A stretch of DNA of 64,000 nucleotides from an uncultured delta proteobacterium (GTDB taxonomy: Bacteria; Myxococcota_A; Polyangia; Polyangiales; Polyangiaceae): NCBI GenBank assembly GCA_963841435.1, contig CAWJCS010000002.1:576001-640000 (forward strand), given 5' to 3'. The notes under the pieces were generated by a model, which was not told the origin of the DNA, ran no database searches, and saw only the letters and a program-made list of their open reading frames with translations. Positions 54,514 to 63,886 of this stretch are shown one piece after another (the first letter of the stretch is position 1; each line of letters begins with the position of its first letter). The position numbers and the translations under genes are program-made.

Positions 54514-55212
54514 TCAGCAGCCGCAGCGCCCGTAGGTGTTCTCTTCGACGAACGTGGCGTCGTAGCAGGTCCAGGCGCACACCTCCGTCTCGCAGGCACC
54601 GTTCCCGAGCGGCGCGATCATGTCCATGTCGTTGATCGTCTGATTGACGCACTCGTAGTCGCTGGCGCCTAGGTTCTGCGCTTGGCAGTTGATCATGTCG
54701 AGGTACTCGGTGGGTGCGAGCGTGTCGGTTGCGAGACCCACGCAGCTCGTCTCGCAGGCGCTGCCGAGCGTGCACGAAAGCGCGACCTGATCGGCGCAGA
54801 TCGTGGCGCAGGCCTCGGCCAGCGGGTCGCCGCCCGAGCCGCCTTCGCCGCCCATGCCGCCCATCGGCTCGCCGCCTTCGCCGCCCATGCCGCCCGGCAT
54901 GGTGCCCGCGGTGCCTCCCGTGGTGCCGCCGGCTCCGCCGCCGGAAATGCCGCCCGTGCCGGCCTTGCCGCCGGTGCTTCCCGCGGTGCCGCCACCGCCC
55001 TTGCCGCTGCTGCCGCCGCTGCCGCCCGTTGCGCCGCCCGAGCCGCCGCCGCCCTTGCCGGACGTGCCCGCGGTGCCCGAGGAGCCGCCCTTGCCGGCGG
55101 AGCCACCCTTGCCACCGGCACCGCCGGTCGCAGTGTCGTCGTCGCCGCAGCCCCAGACGCTAGCGGTGACACCCATCAAAACCAGAACAGGAAAAAGCTT
55201 CGGCTTGAGCAT
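54514..55212 (-). CDS. Gly-rich lipoprotein with a Cys-rich C-terminal domain
   Basis: Lipobox VWGC-GDDD; long Gly linker; CxxxC repeats. Confidence 0.8.
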   Translation of the reverse strand: MLKPKLFPVLVLMGVTASVWGCGDDDTATGGAGGKGGSAGKGGSSGTAGTSGKGGGGSGGATGGSGGSSGKGGGGTAGSTGGKAGTGGISGGGAGGTTGGTAGTMPGGMGGEGGEPMGGMGGEGGSGGDPLAEACATICADQVALSCTLGSACETSCVGLATDTLAPTEYLDMINCQAQNLGASDYECVNQTINDMDMIAPLGNGACETEVCAWTCYDATFVEENTYGRCGC

Positions 55213-55260
55213 ACCGAAGCTTACATCGACGCAGGTCGTAGGCACAAGACTTGAGACGGG

Positions 55261-55324
55261 GTTGATGCACAACTCGAACGAGCGAGTTGTGCATCGACGA
55301 GGGGCGGCTTGCACAACTCGCTCG
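55261..55324. repeat. Three-arm inverted repeat (core TGCACAACTCG: forward, reverse, forward)
   Basis: 55261-55276 pairs with 55283-55298; 55279-55293 pairs perfectly with 55310-55324. Confidence 0.9.
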
Positions 55325-55497
55325 AAGGGGAGGAGCTTTTCTCACAGCCTCGCACCGTGTGCGCAAGTGGCTGATTCGCAGCGTTTTTGAGCATTCTCGC
55401 GCGAGCTCCCTCTGCGAGTGAGCTCTCGAGGGCGTCGGCACGATGCCTGCATTGCTTCCTCCCGAACCCGAACCCGGAACACCAGGAGGAATCATCG

Positions 55498-56718
55498 ATG
55501 AAGAAGCTCGTAGCATTGATTGGAGGAGTGGGCGCGCTGGCGCTGTCAGCTTGTACGAGCGAGGTCATGGATGGCTCCGAGACGGTTTCCAGCGAGAACG
55601 CGCCCCTCGTGACCACCGTGACCGTCACGAATGACTGGGGCGGCGTCTACTGCGCGCACATCTACGTGCGCAACGACCTCAGCGTGCCCGCGAACACGTG
55701 GAACGCGATGATCGACCTCAAGGGCAGCACCATTCAGTGGATCAACGGCGCGCCCAACATGTGGGGTGGCTCACCCAGCGGCCTTTCGGGCACCATCAAC
55801 GTGACGCCGATGTCGTACAACGCCTACCTTTCTCCTGGGCAGGTGATGGATATCGGGTTCTGCGCTGACGCTCCGAATTCGAGCGCGCGCCCGGCGGTCG
55901 TTGCCTACAACACCGGCTCGACACAGTACGCTGCCTGCTCGAGCAACAGCGGCCTCAACCCCACGCGCGCTGCGCTCGCCGTCGCCATGGCGACCGAGCT
56001 CGGCCGCTGGAGCCCGGATACCGACCTCAAGATCACGACGTACGGCTGGGACAGCAAGGTCGAGCTCAGCTCGACTGGCCTCTCGCGCTGCACCAACGGC
56101 TGCCCGAACACGAAGGCGCTGCTCGGCCAGCAGGACAGCGCCGTCACCGGCTACTCCGGCTACAACTCCTCGAACCAACCGGTGTTCGACGCCACGAACT
56201 ACAAGGAAGACCTCAAGGCCTCGTTCAACCGCCAGTACAACAAGATCGACGACCTCAAGCGCAACAACCCCTGGTTGCTCCCGCCCGCTCACAAGCTGAC
56301 GCTCGTCGGCGGCCCCATGAGCCTCGGCGGCGGGGCCTGCGGCCCGCACTACGTGTACAAGGCCACCGATCTGAATGGTAACCCGCTCTCGAGCTCGGCG
56401 GCTTCGAATCTCGCCAACGCGCTCTGCTTCTACGGCCAGGGCAGCTGCGGCCAGAACCCGTACATCGGCTTCGTCACGACCTCGCAGGGTTGCCCGAGCG
56501 GCCAGACTTGCGTGGCCATCGACCCGACCGACGGTGATACGGGCTCGACCTCGACGACCAGCGCCGGTAGCGCGCCGACCTACCCACTCAACCGCGCGTG
56601 GGACCCGTACAACACCCTGCTCGGCTCGACCTGCATCAGGACCAACGGCGTGATGGGTCACATGACCTCGAGGTGCTCGACCACGCCCTCGACCTGCGGC
56701 TACCTGTACTGCCTCTGA
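55498..56718 (+). CDS. Lipoprotein with a CBM2-like domain and an unknown Cys-rich C-terminal domain
   Basis: AGGAGGA RBS; lipobox LSAC; NDWGG.YC...W...W...YNA.L.PG...GFC CBM2 pattern. Confidence 0.85.
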   Translation: MKKLVALIGGVGALALSACTSEVMDGSETVSSENAPLVTTVTVTNDWGGVYCAHIYVRNDLSVPANTWNAMIDLKGSTIQWINGAPNMWGGSPSGLSGTINVTPMSYNAYLSPGQVMDIGFCADAPNSSARPAVVAYNTGSTQYAACSSNSGLNPTRAALAVAMATELGRWSPDTDLKITTYGWDSKVELSSTGLSRCTNGCPNTKALLGQQDSAVTGYSGYNSSNQPVFDATNYKEDLKASFNRQYNKIDDLKRNNPWLLPPAHKLTLVGGPMSLGGGACGPHYVYKATDLNGNPLSSSAASNLANALCFYGQGSCGQNPYIGFVTTSQGCPSGQTCVAIDPTDGDTGSTSTTSAGSAPTYPLNRAWDPYNTLLGSTCIRTNGVMGHMTSRCSTTPSTCGYLYCL

Positions 56719-56741
56719 CCCACACGGGCGCGCTCGCGCCT

Positions 56742-56782
56742 CGGACGAGGTCGGTCCCTTCGGACCGGCCTCGTTCGTTTTT
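56742..56782 (+). terminator. Rho-independent terminator
   Basis: Stem CGGACGAGGTCGGTCC/GGACCGGCCTCGTTCG followed by TTTTT. Confidence 0.8.
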
Positions 56783-56899
56783 GTGCGTGCATGTGTGCGT
56801 CGGGGTGGGCTGGCGTTCTGGCTCCACGGCGTCGGACGGCTTGGCCACGCGTGATATGCTTTCGAGGGTCCCTGCCCGATGACTTTTCTTTTACGGAGG

Positions 56900-58886
56900 A
56901 TGAAGCGAAGAAACTCGCTCACGCTGGCTGCGCTGCTCCTGCTTGCAGCCTCCCAGAGCTGCTCGATTTTCTACGACCTCAACACGACCCAGTGCGAGGT
57001 GAACGAGGATTGTCCCGCGCTCGGGCCGCAGTTCGAGAACACCAAGTGCGTCAACCGCGTCTGCGTTCCCATCGAGGAGGGCAGCGGGGGCAACGCCGGC
57101 GGGGGCTCGAGCGGTGGCAAGGGCGGGCAGGGCGGTGGTAGCGCAGCAAGTGGCGGGTCGTCGGCTGGCGGCACGGGCGGCGGCAAGGGTGGCACGGGCG
57201 GCAAGGGTGGCACCACGGGCGGGGCCTCGGGCAGCGGCGAAGGGGGAAGTGGCGCCGAGCCCGAGTGCACGACCAACGGCGAGTGCATCGACGCGCATCT
57301 CGATCGACCCTATGTGTGCCAGAACGGAGCGTGCGTTCCGGTCACGACGAGCGCGTGCCCCGTGCTCCTGCCCACGAACGGCGGCCTCGATTCCCTGAGG
57401 GCGAAGGCGCCGATCGTCGTCGGTGGCTTCGCGACGATGACGAACCCGATGGATTCGCACGACACGCTCGCCATTATCAACTGGGATCTTGCCTTCGACG
57501 AGTTCAATCGCCAGACGCTCGGCGGGCTTCCGAGCAAGGACGGGAGCGGCCAGCTCCGGCCGCTCGTCGCGGTGGTCTGCCAGGGCGCCGACACCGACAT
57601 CATGCCGGCCACGAAGCACCTCGTCGACGAGCTCGGGGTGCCCGCGGTGCTCACCACGCTGTCCGCCGACAAGCTGCTCGCGGCGTTCAACTACACCGCT
57701 TCCGACGACTACCTCACGGGAGGCGGCCAGCCCGTGTTCTTCATGAGCACTGGCAGCGCCGACCTTCGGCTCGCGAACCTCACCGATGACGGCCTGGTCT
57801 GGCACATGCTCGGCAACCCACGCGTGCTCGCTGCCACGACCGCGGATCTACTCGCCCGCATCGAGCCCTACGTCTACGAGCGAAGGAGGGAGCACTTCAT
57901 GGACACGGGGCAAGACGACCCCGATCAGAATCCCCCTGCGCGTCACACTCGTGACCTCCGACGACCCCACGATGACCGACATCGGCGTCGTGCTCACGAC
58001 CCCCGACTCCAAGCACCCGGAAGCCGTCCTCACGTTCAACGGGAAGCCCGCCACCGACGCCGCCAACGCCGACGACTTCCGTCAGGTTGCTGAAGAGTCC
58101 TCCAAGGTGCATATCGATCCCGACACGTCGGGGGCCATCACCGACCTCGAGGCCCATCCACCGCACGTGGTCGTCGCGATGGCCACGGCGGAGTTCGGAT
58201 CGCGCGTCATGCCTTCCGTCGAGGACACCTGGGGCGAGTCGATGAGCCCCTCGGAGGGGCTCGAGCGGCCCTACTACGTGCTTTCGCATCTCATCTACAA
58301 CACGGTGGAGCTACCCGATACCGTCAAGAGCCATGCGGCGATCGCGCCTCCCTTGAGCGAGCGCGTCCTCGGCGTGAACTATGCGCTCGCGCAGGACGAC
58401 CATTCGAAGGCGCTCTACCAGGCGTACCTGGGGCGCCTCCAAAACTCGTATCAGGGCCAGCTCAGCCTGGGCGGGACCGAGAACTACTACGACGGCGCCT
58501 ATTCGCTGCTCTACGCCATCGCGGCCGCGGCCGCGAACCGCGTGAGCCCGACGGGCAACGACATCCGCGACGGCCTCCAGGATCGGGTGTTGTCCACGAG
58601 CAACAGCGCCGATTCGATCGACGTGGGGCCGGCGTTCATCGGGGACGCCGTGGGCCAGCTGAACGGGAGCGCCACTTACAAGATGTCGCTCTGGGGCACG
58701 ATGGGTGAGCCCAACTTCGACCGCTCGAGCGGCACGCGCGTGACGGCGACTTCTGCCTGGTGCATCCAGCTTTCCACGGCCGGGACGAGCTACGCCTATC
58801 AGCCCGACGGGCTCATCTACGATCCTGCCACACGAAGCTTCCAGGATTCTGCAGCGGGCGTGCCCGCGTGCCTTTCGGCTTATTAG
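56900..58886 (+). CDS. Lipoprotein with Cys-rich/Gly-rich N-terminus and a LivJ-like type I periplasmic-binding fold; +1 frameshift at about 57930
   Basis: Signal ending SQSC; LAFDEFN...GG...RPLVAVVC...HLVDELGVPAV; NYYDGAYSLLYAI; G.MG.PNFD. Joining ORFs 56879..58093 and 57786..58886 gives 661 aa. Confidence 0.75.
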
Positions 58887-60122
58887 GTGTCGGACTCCTC
58901 CCGTCACTCGAAGCTTCGCGGTGCCCGCCTCGGGGCGCTCTCGCTCGGCGCCATGCTCGTGGCATGCGGTGGTGAGCCTCCCGCAGAAGCGCTCGGGCAC
59001 GACAGCGCGGCCGTGCTGTATGGCGAGCCGTCGGGGCCCACGGAGGACGGGGTCGTCCAGGTCCTCAGCAAGACGGCGACAGCGGAGCAAAACTGCACGG
59101 GAACGCTCGTCGCCGAGAACGTCGTCGTCACGGCGCGCCACTGCATCTCGAACTTCGTCGCCACGAGCTTCACCTGCACCACGGACGGTGAGCTCGCGCC
59201 GGGCAGCCGCGGCGGGCAGAACGGAGCTCTCGTGGCGCCCGGGGACGTGAAGATCTGGCAGGGTGCCCACCCCGACCTCGGTACCCCGCCGGAGGCAGTT
59301 GGCGCCGAGATCTTCGCGCCGCAGGCGACGACGATCTGTCGCAACGACATCGCGTTCGTGGTGCTCGATCGGCCGATCTCGGGGCTCCCCGTCTCCCCGA
59401 TGCGGCTCGGGCGTGGCAACGACCCTGGAGAGCTCTTGCGCGTCGTCGGTTACGGGGCGGACGAGCTCAATCAGACCGGCACGCGCCGCACGCGCTCGGG
59501 ACTCAAGATCACCCTCGTCGGTGAGAGTGTCTACCGGACCGATCCCGACCCGGTCCCGCCGCGCACGTTTCGCACGGACGGGCCCGCGCTCTGCTACGGA
59601 GACAGCGGGGGTCCGGCCTTCACGGAGAGCGGCGCCGTGACGGGCGTCTGGTCTCAGGTGATCGGGGGCTGCAGCGCGGCGACCGCGAAGAACGTCTTCA
59701 CGCAGGTTGCGCCGTTCCTCGCGGAGCTCGTCGTGCCTGCCTTCGAGGCGGCCGGCGCCGAGCCGATCGTCGAGCCCGAGGACCCGGCGACCGGCGGGGC
59801 TGGCAGCGGGTCCACGCCGGGATCGGCCGGCGAGGCGGGCGAGACGGCCGGCGGCGGTGAGGGGGCGACTGGTGGCGACGCCGCGGCCGGCGGCGAGGGG
59901 GGCGCGGGTGACGCCGCCGGCTCGCCGCCCGCGTACCACGGCGTCCGCAAGCCCGGCGGATGCCGCTGCGACGTCGTGGGGGCCCCGGCGGGTGGCACGG
60001 GACTGCTATCGCCGCTCGTCGTGGCCTGGGCGCTCGCCCGGCGGCGCGCTACTTCGCGCGGCGCTTCTTCGGCTGCTCGGGCTCGGCGCTCTCGCCGTCG
60101 CCCGCCTTCTTCGGCGGCTTGA
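58887..60122 (+). CDS. Trypsin-like S1 serine protease lipoprotein with a MYXO-CTERM-like tail
   Basis: Lipobox LVAC; CTGTLV, TARHC, NDIA and GDSGGP motifs; GGCRC...hydrophobic...RRR. Confidence 0.9.
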   Translation: MSDSSRHSKLRGARLGALSLGAMLVACGGEPPAEALGHDSAAVLYGEPSGPTEDGVVQVLSKTATAEQNCTGTLVAENVVVTARHCISNFVATSFTCTTDGELAPGSRGGQNGALVAPGDVKIWQGAHPDLGTPPEAVGAEIFAPQATTICRNDIAFVVLDRPISGLPVSPMRLGRGNDPGELLRVVGYGADELNQTGTRRTRSGLKITLVGESVYRTDPDPVPPRTFRTDGPALCYGDSGGPAFTESGAVTGVWSQVIGGCSAATAKNVFTQVAPFLAELVVPAFEAAGAEPIVEPEDPATGGAGSGSTPGSAGEAGETAGGGEGATGGDAAAGGEGGAGDAAGSPPAYHGVRKPGGCRCDVVGAPAGGTGLLSPLVVAWALARRRATSRGASSAARARRSRRRPPSSAA

Positions 60123-60912
60123 GCACGCTCGGCGGGGGACTCGGTGCCGTCGCGAGCGTCCGCTTGAGCGCGTCGAAAAGATCGATGATCTGCGCCTTCG
60201 GTGCTTCGGGGGCGAGAGTTATCTCCTGGCCCTGAGCCTTCTGGTCCACGGCGGCGCGCACGCGGTCGCTGTAGGTGTCGTGGTACTTGTCCGCTTCGAA
60301 GGCGTCGCTCGTCAGTTGGTCGATGAGCTTTTCGGCGAGGTCGCGCTCCTTGTCGCTGATGGTGAGCTTCGCGGGAGGCTCCACGTCGGCGAACGCGCGC
60401 ACCTCGTTCGAGTAGTAGAGCTGGTGCAGGATGAGGCCGCCCTCGTAGGGTCGAACGACCACGAGCTGTTCCTTGCCGCGCGCCGCCCAGCGGCCGATGG
60501 CCACCCGCTGCCTTTCGGTCATCGCCTCCGAGAGCAGCTTGTAGGCCTTGTCGCCGCCCTTGTCGCAGCCCAGGTAGTAACTCTTCTCGATCTGCACGAA
60601 GTCGACGCTCGCGAGCGGAACGAATTCGGTGATCTCGATCGCGTTCGAGCGCTCCGACTCGAACGCCTTGAGCTCCTCTTCCGTGAACAGCACGTACTGC
60701 CCGCGAGCGTGCTCGTAGCCCTTGATCGTGTCGGTGCGCTCCACCACCTCGGTGTCGGTGGGACAGAAGTACTGCATCTTGACCCGGCCACCGCACTTCT
60801 TGTGCAGCATGTTGAAGCTCACCTGCTCGCTCGAAGCGGCCGTGTAGAGCTTTACCGGAATCGAAACGAGTCCGAAGCTGATGGTACCGGAGGCGAGAGC
60901 ACGCGCTGCCAT
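60049..60912 (-). CDS. ku: NHEJ DNA end-binding protein Ku
   Basis: GTISFGLVSIPVKLY, KGYE, YHDTY and IDLFDALKRTL motifs; basic tail. Confidence 0.97.
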   Translation of the reverse strand: MAARALASGTISFGLVSIPVKLYTAASSEQVSFNMLHKKCGGRVKMQYFCPTDTEVVERTDTIKGYEHARGQYVLFTEEELKAFESERSNAIEITEFVPLASVDFVQIEKSYYLGCDKGGDKAYKLLSEAMTERQRVAIGRWAARGKEQLVVVRPYEGGLILHQLYYSNEVRAFADVEPPAKLTISDKERDLAEKLIDQLTSDAFEADKYHDTYSDRVRAAVDQKAQGQEITLAPEAPKAQIIDLFDALKRTLATAPSPPPSVLKPPKKAGDGESAEPEQPKKRRAK

Positions 60913-61004
60913 GGACAATTTCTCGGGCGGAGAACGAATGCTAACAAGGGGGAATCGCCACTAGGAAAAACTCGGACAACGTTTCGGGCTCGGGCGGCGA
61001 CCCG

Positions 61005-63656
61005 CTGCTCGAATACCGTCAAAAACGCGATCCGCTCCGGACGAACGAGCCCTTCGCCCCTGAACGCAAGGACAGCGTCCGGGCCACGCGTCACGGCCGC
61101 TACGTGGTCCACCTGCACGACGCCACCCGGACGCACTACGACCTGAGGCTCCAGATCGGGGGCACGCTGAAGAGCTTCGCCGTGCCCAAGGGGCCGACGC
61201 TCGACCCGACGAAAAAGCACCTCGCCGTGCTCACCGAGGACCATCCCCTCGAGTACCTGGATTTCGAGCAAGTCATCCCGGCGGGCAACTACGGAGCGGG
61301 TCCCATGATCGCGTGGGACCGCGGCCGCGTGCGCTACCTCGACGGGACCGCCGAGGAGGGTCTCGCGCGCGGCAAGCTCGATTTCGAGCTTTCGGGGTTC
61401 AAGCTGCACGGCCGCTTCGCGCTCATCGAAACCGGACACCGCAAGGGCAAGGGGAGCAAGGCCGACGGCAAGGAGTGGCTGCTCGTCAAGAAGCCCGACG
61501 CCCACGCGTCCACGCGCGACATCGTCACCGAGGAGCCGCGCAGCGTGCTCGGCGGGCTGTCCGTCGAGGAGCTCGCCGCGCGCGAGGCGCTCGATGCCGA
61601 GCTCGTCGCGCGCGCGGCCGGTCTCGGGGCGCCCGTCGGTGAGGTCTCCGTGGAGCGGCTCACGCCCATGCTTTGCGCCACGGAGGGCGGCCGGCTCGAC
61701 GACGCGACGCGCCTCTACGAGCTCAAGCTCGACGGCGTGCGCATCGTCGCCGACCGGCGCGGGCGCGCCGTCGCGCTCAGGTACCGCAACGGGCGCTCCG
61801 CCACGGCGGCTTACCCCGAAATCGCGCGGGCCGTGGCCGCCCTGGCGCCCGAGCGCGTGGTGCTCGACGGCGAGATCGTCGCGTTCGACGCCGAGGGGCG
61901 GCCGACGTTCGAACGGCTCGGCCCGCGCATCCACGCCGAGCGTCCCCTCGACGTGCTGCGGGCTCAGGCCGAAGTGCCGGTGACGTTTCTCGTGTTCGAT
62001 CTCATCGCGCTCGGCGATCGTGATCTCACGAGCCTGCCGCTCGTCCGTCGCAAGGAGCTGCTCTCGGAGGTGGTGCGCGGGCGCGGCCTCCTGCGCGCGC
62101 TCGATCACATCGAAAACGACGGCGAGGCGCTGTTCCGCTTCTGCCGCGACCAAAGGCTCGAGGGCGTGGTCGCCAAGAAGAAGCAGTCGCCCTATCGGCC
62201 GGGGCCGCAGCGCACCGACGACTGGATCAAGATCAAATGCGATCGCGACGACGAGTTCGTCGTCGTCGGCTGGGTGCCGGGCAAGGGGACGCGGGCACGG
62301 CTGGGTGCGCTCTGCCTCGGCAGCTTCGGCCCGTCGGGGCTCGTCTACCGAGGGCGCGTCGGCAGTGGGCTCGACGACGCGTCGATCGACGACCTGCTGG
62401 CCCGCCTCGGTCCGGGCGAAATCCCCGGTTTCCCCGGCGTTGGCGGGCCCCCCGCCGAGGCCAAGGGTGCGCGCTGGGTGCGGCCCGAGGTCGTCGTGAG
62501 CGTGCGCTTCCTCGGCTTCACGCCCGAGGGTCATCTTCGCCATCCCGTGTTTCGCGGCGTGCGCGAAGACCTCGAGCCGGCCGCCTGTCGCGCGATGCCG
62601 CCCGAGGAAGCGGCAGCGGCGGGCGCACTTTCTCTCGAGGCCGGCGGTGAGTCGTCGGCGTCGGGCGATGGCGGAGACGTGCCCACGGGCGCGGTTCCCG
62701 ACGAAGACGCGGCGCCCGCACCCGCCCGTCGTGCAACGACCCGCGCGGCGCCCGCTCGCTCGCGCGTGGCGATCACCAATCGCGACAAGGTGTTCTGGCC
62801 CGACGAGGGCTACACGAAGGGCGACCTCATCGGGTACTACAGGGCCGTCGCCCCGGCCATGCTGCCCTTTCTCGACGATCGACCCGTCGTGATGGTGCGC
62901 TATCCGGACGGTATTCGCGGCAAGAGCTTCTTCCAGTGGAACGTACCGCAGGGGACGCCCGACTGGCTGCGTCGCGCCGTGCTCGTGCGCGACGACGACG
63001 ACAAGCGCGAGAAGGTGGTCTTCTTGATCGACGACGTCGACTCGCTCGTCTACCTCGCGAATCTCGGCACGATCCCGCTCCACGTGCTCGCCTGTCGCGA
63101 AGAAACCCGAAATTATTGTGATTTTCTCACGATCGATTTCGACATCGGCGAGCATCCGTTCGAGCGCGCCGTCGTGCTCGCTCTCACGCTGCGCGAGATC
63201 CTCGACGAGGTGGGCCTCGTCGGGTTTCCCAAGACCTCGGGGCAGAAGGGCCTGCACGTGCTCGTGCCGCTCGGCCCCGGCGTGCCCTTCGACGCCGCCA
63301 AGATCCTGTGCGAGCTGTTCGGGCGGCTCATCGTCGCGCGGCACCCGAAGCTCGCGACGCTCGAGCGACGCGTCGACAAGCGGGGCGGGCGCGCACTCAT
63401 CGACATCGGCCAGACGGGGCCGTCACGCACGATCGTGGCGCCGTATTCCGTGAGGGCGTGGCCCGGCGCCACGATCTCGACGCCGCTCTACTGGGAAGAG
63501 GTGCACGTTGCGCTCGACCCGCGGCGCTTCACCATGGTCAGCGTGCCCTCGCGGCTCGCCGAAAGCGGCGATCCGTTCGAGCACATCCTCGATGCGCACC
63601 CCGACATCCCGAGCGCGGTGCAGAAGCTCGAGGCGATGAGCACACCGAAGACCTAG
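61005..63656 (+). CDS. ligD: DNA ligase D (phosphoesterase-ligase-polymerase); true start unresolved
   Basis: LLEYRQKRD..RTNEP, HDATRTHYDLRL, YELKLDG, EGVVAKK, RYPDG...FFQ and KTSGQKGLH motifs. The frame is open back to TAA at 60942-60944. Confidence 0.95.
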   Translation: MLEYRQKRDPLRTNEPFAPERKDSVRATRHGRYVVHLHDATRTHYDLRLQIGGTLKSFAVPKGPTLDPTKKHLAVLTEDHPLEYLDFEQVIPAGNYGAGPMIAWDRGRVRYLDGTAEEGLARGKLDFELSGFKLHGRFALIETGHRKGKGSKADGKEWLLVKKPDAHASTRDIVTEEPRSVLGGLSVEELAAREALDAELVARAAGLGAPVGEVSVERLTPMLCATEGGRLDDATRLYELKLDGVRIVADRRGRAVALRYRNGRSATAAYPEIARAVAALAPERVVLDGEIVAFDAEGRPTFERLGPRIHAERPLDVLRAQAEVPVTFLVFDLIALGDRDLTSLPLVRRKELLSEVVRGRGLLRALDHIENDGEALFRFCRDQRLEGVVAKKKQSPYRPGPQRTDDWIKIKCDRDDEFVVVGWVPGKGTRARLGALCLGSFGPSGLVYRGRVGSGLDDASIDDLLARLGPGEIPGFPGVGGPPAEAKGARWVRPEVVVSVRFLGFTPEGHLRHPVFRGVREDLEPAACRAMPPEEAAAAGALSLEAGGESSASGDGGDVPTGAVPDEDAAPAPARRATTRAAPARSRVAITNRDKVFWPDEGYTKGDLIGYYRAVAPAMLPFLDDRPVVMVRYPDGIRGKSFFQWNVPQGTPDWLRRAVLVRDDDDKREKVVFLIDDVDSLVYLANLGTIPLHVLACREETRNYCDFLTIDFDIGEHPFERAVVLALTLREILDEVGLVGFPKTSGQKGLHVLVPLGPGVPFDAAKILCELFGRLIVARHPKLATLERRVDKRGGRALIDIGQTGPSRTIVAPYSVRAWPGATISTPLYWEEVHVALDPRRFTMVSVPSRLAESGDPFEHILDAHPDIPSAVQKLEAMSTPKT

Positions 63657-63781
63657 CGCGCGTCCGACGGCGCCTCGCGAGCGCCCGCCGATTCGTTGCA
63701 CACGAGGGTGCCCGTGGAACGGTGCGCGACCCCTCCGGCTCGGACCGCGCCGCGCGGCGGTCGCCACCCACAAAACCCTTA

Positions 63782-63790
63782 ATTATAGCA
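63782..63790 (-). promoter_or_regulatory. Consensus extended -10 element (TGCTATAAT)
   Basis: Perfect TGnTATAAT on the minus strand, in an AT-rich patch within GC-rich DNA. Confidence 0.55.
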
Positions 63791-63848
63791 CGAATCAGGG
63801 CGGTCTTTCGCCGGGCGGGGGCTTATCCGAAGCCCGGCCGCGCTCGTC

Positions 63849-63886
63849 GCTCGCCGTTGCTCGCCGTTGCTCGCCGTTGCTCGCCG
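63849..63886. repeat. 10-bp tandem repeat (GCTCGCCGTT), about 3.8 copies
   Basis: Read directly from the sequence; non-coding. Confidence 0.9.

Noticed and set aside
63849-63886. 10-bp tandem repeat as an iteron, CRISPR or transposon end
   Set aside because: Under four copies, no spacers, and no rep or transposase gene in view.
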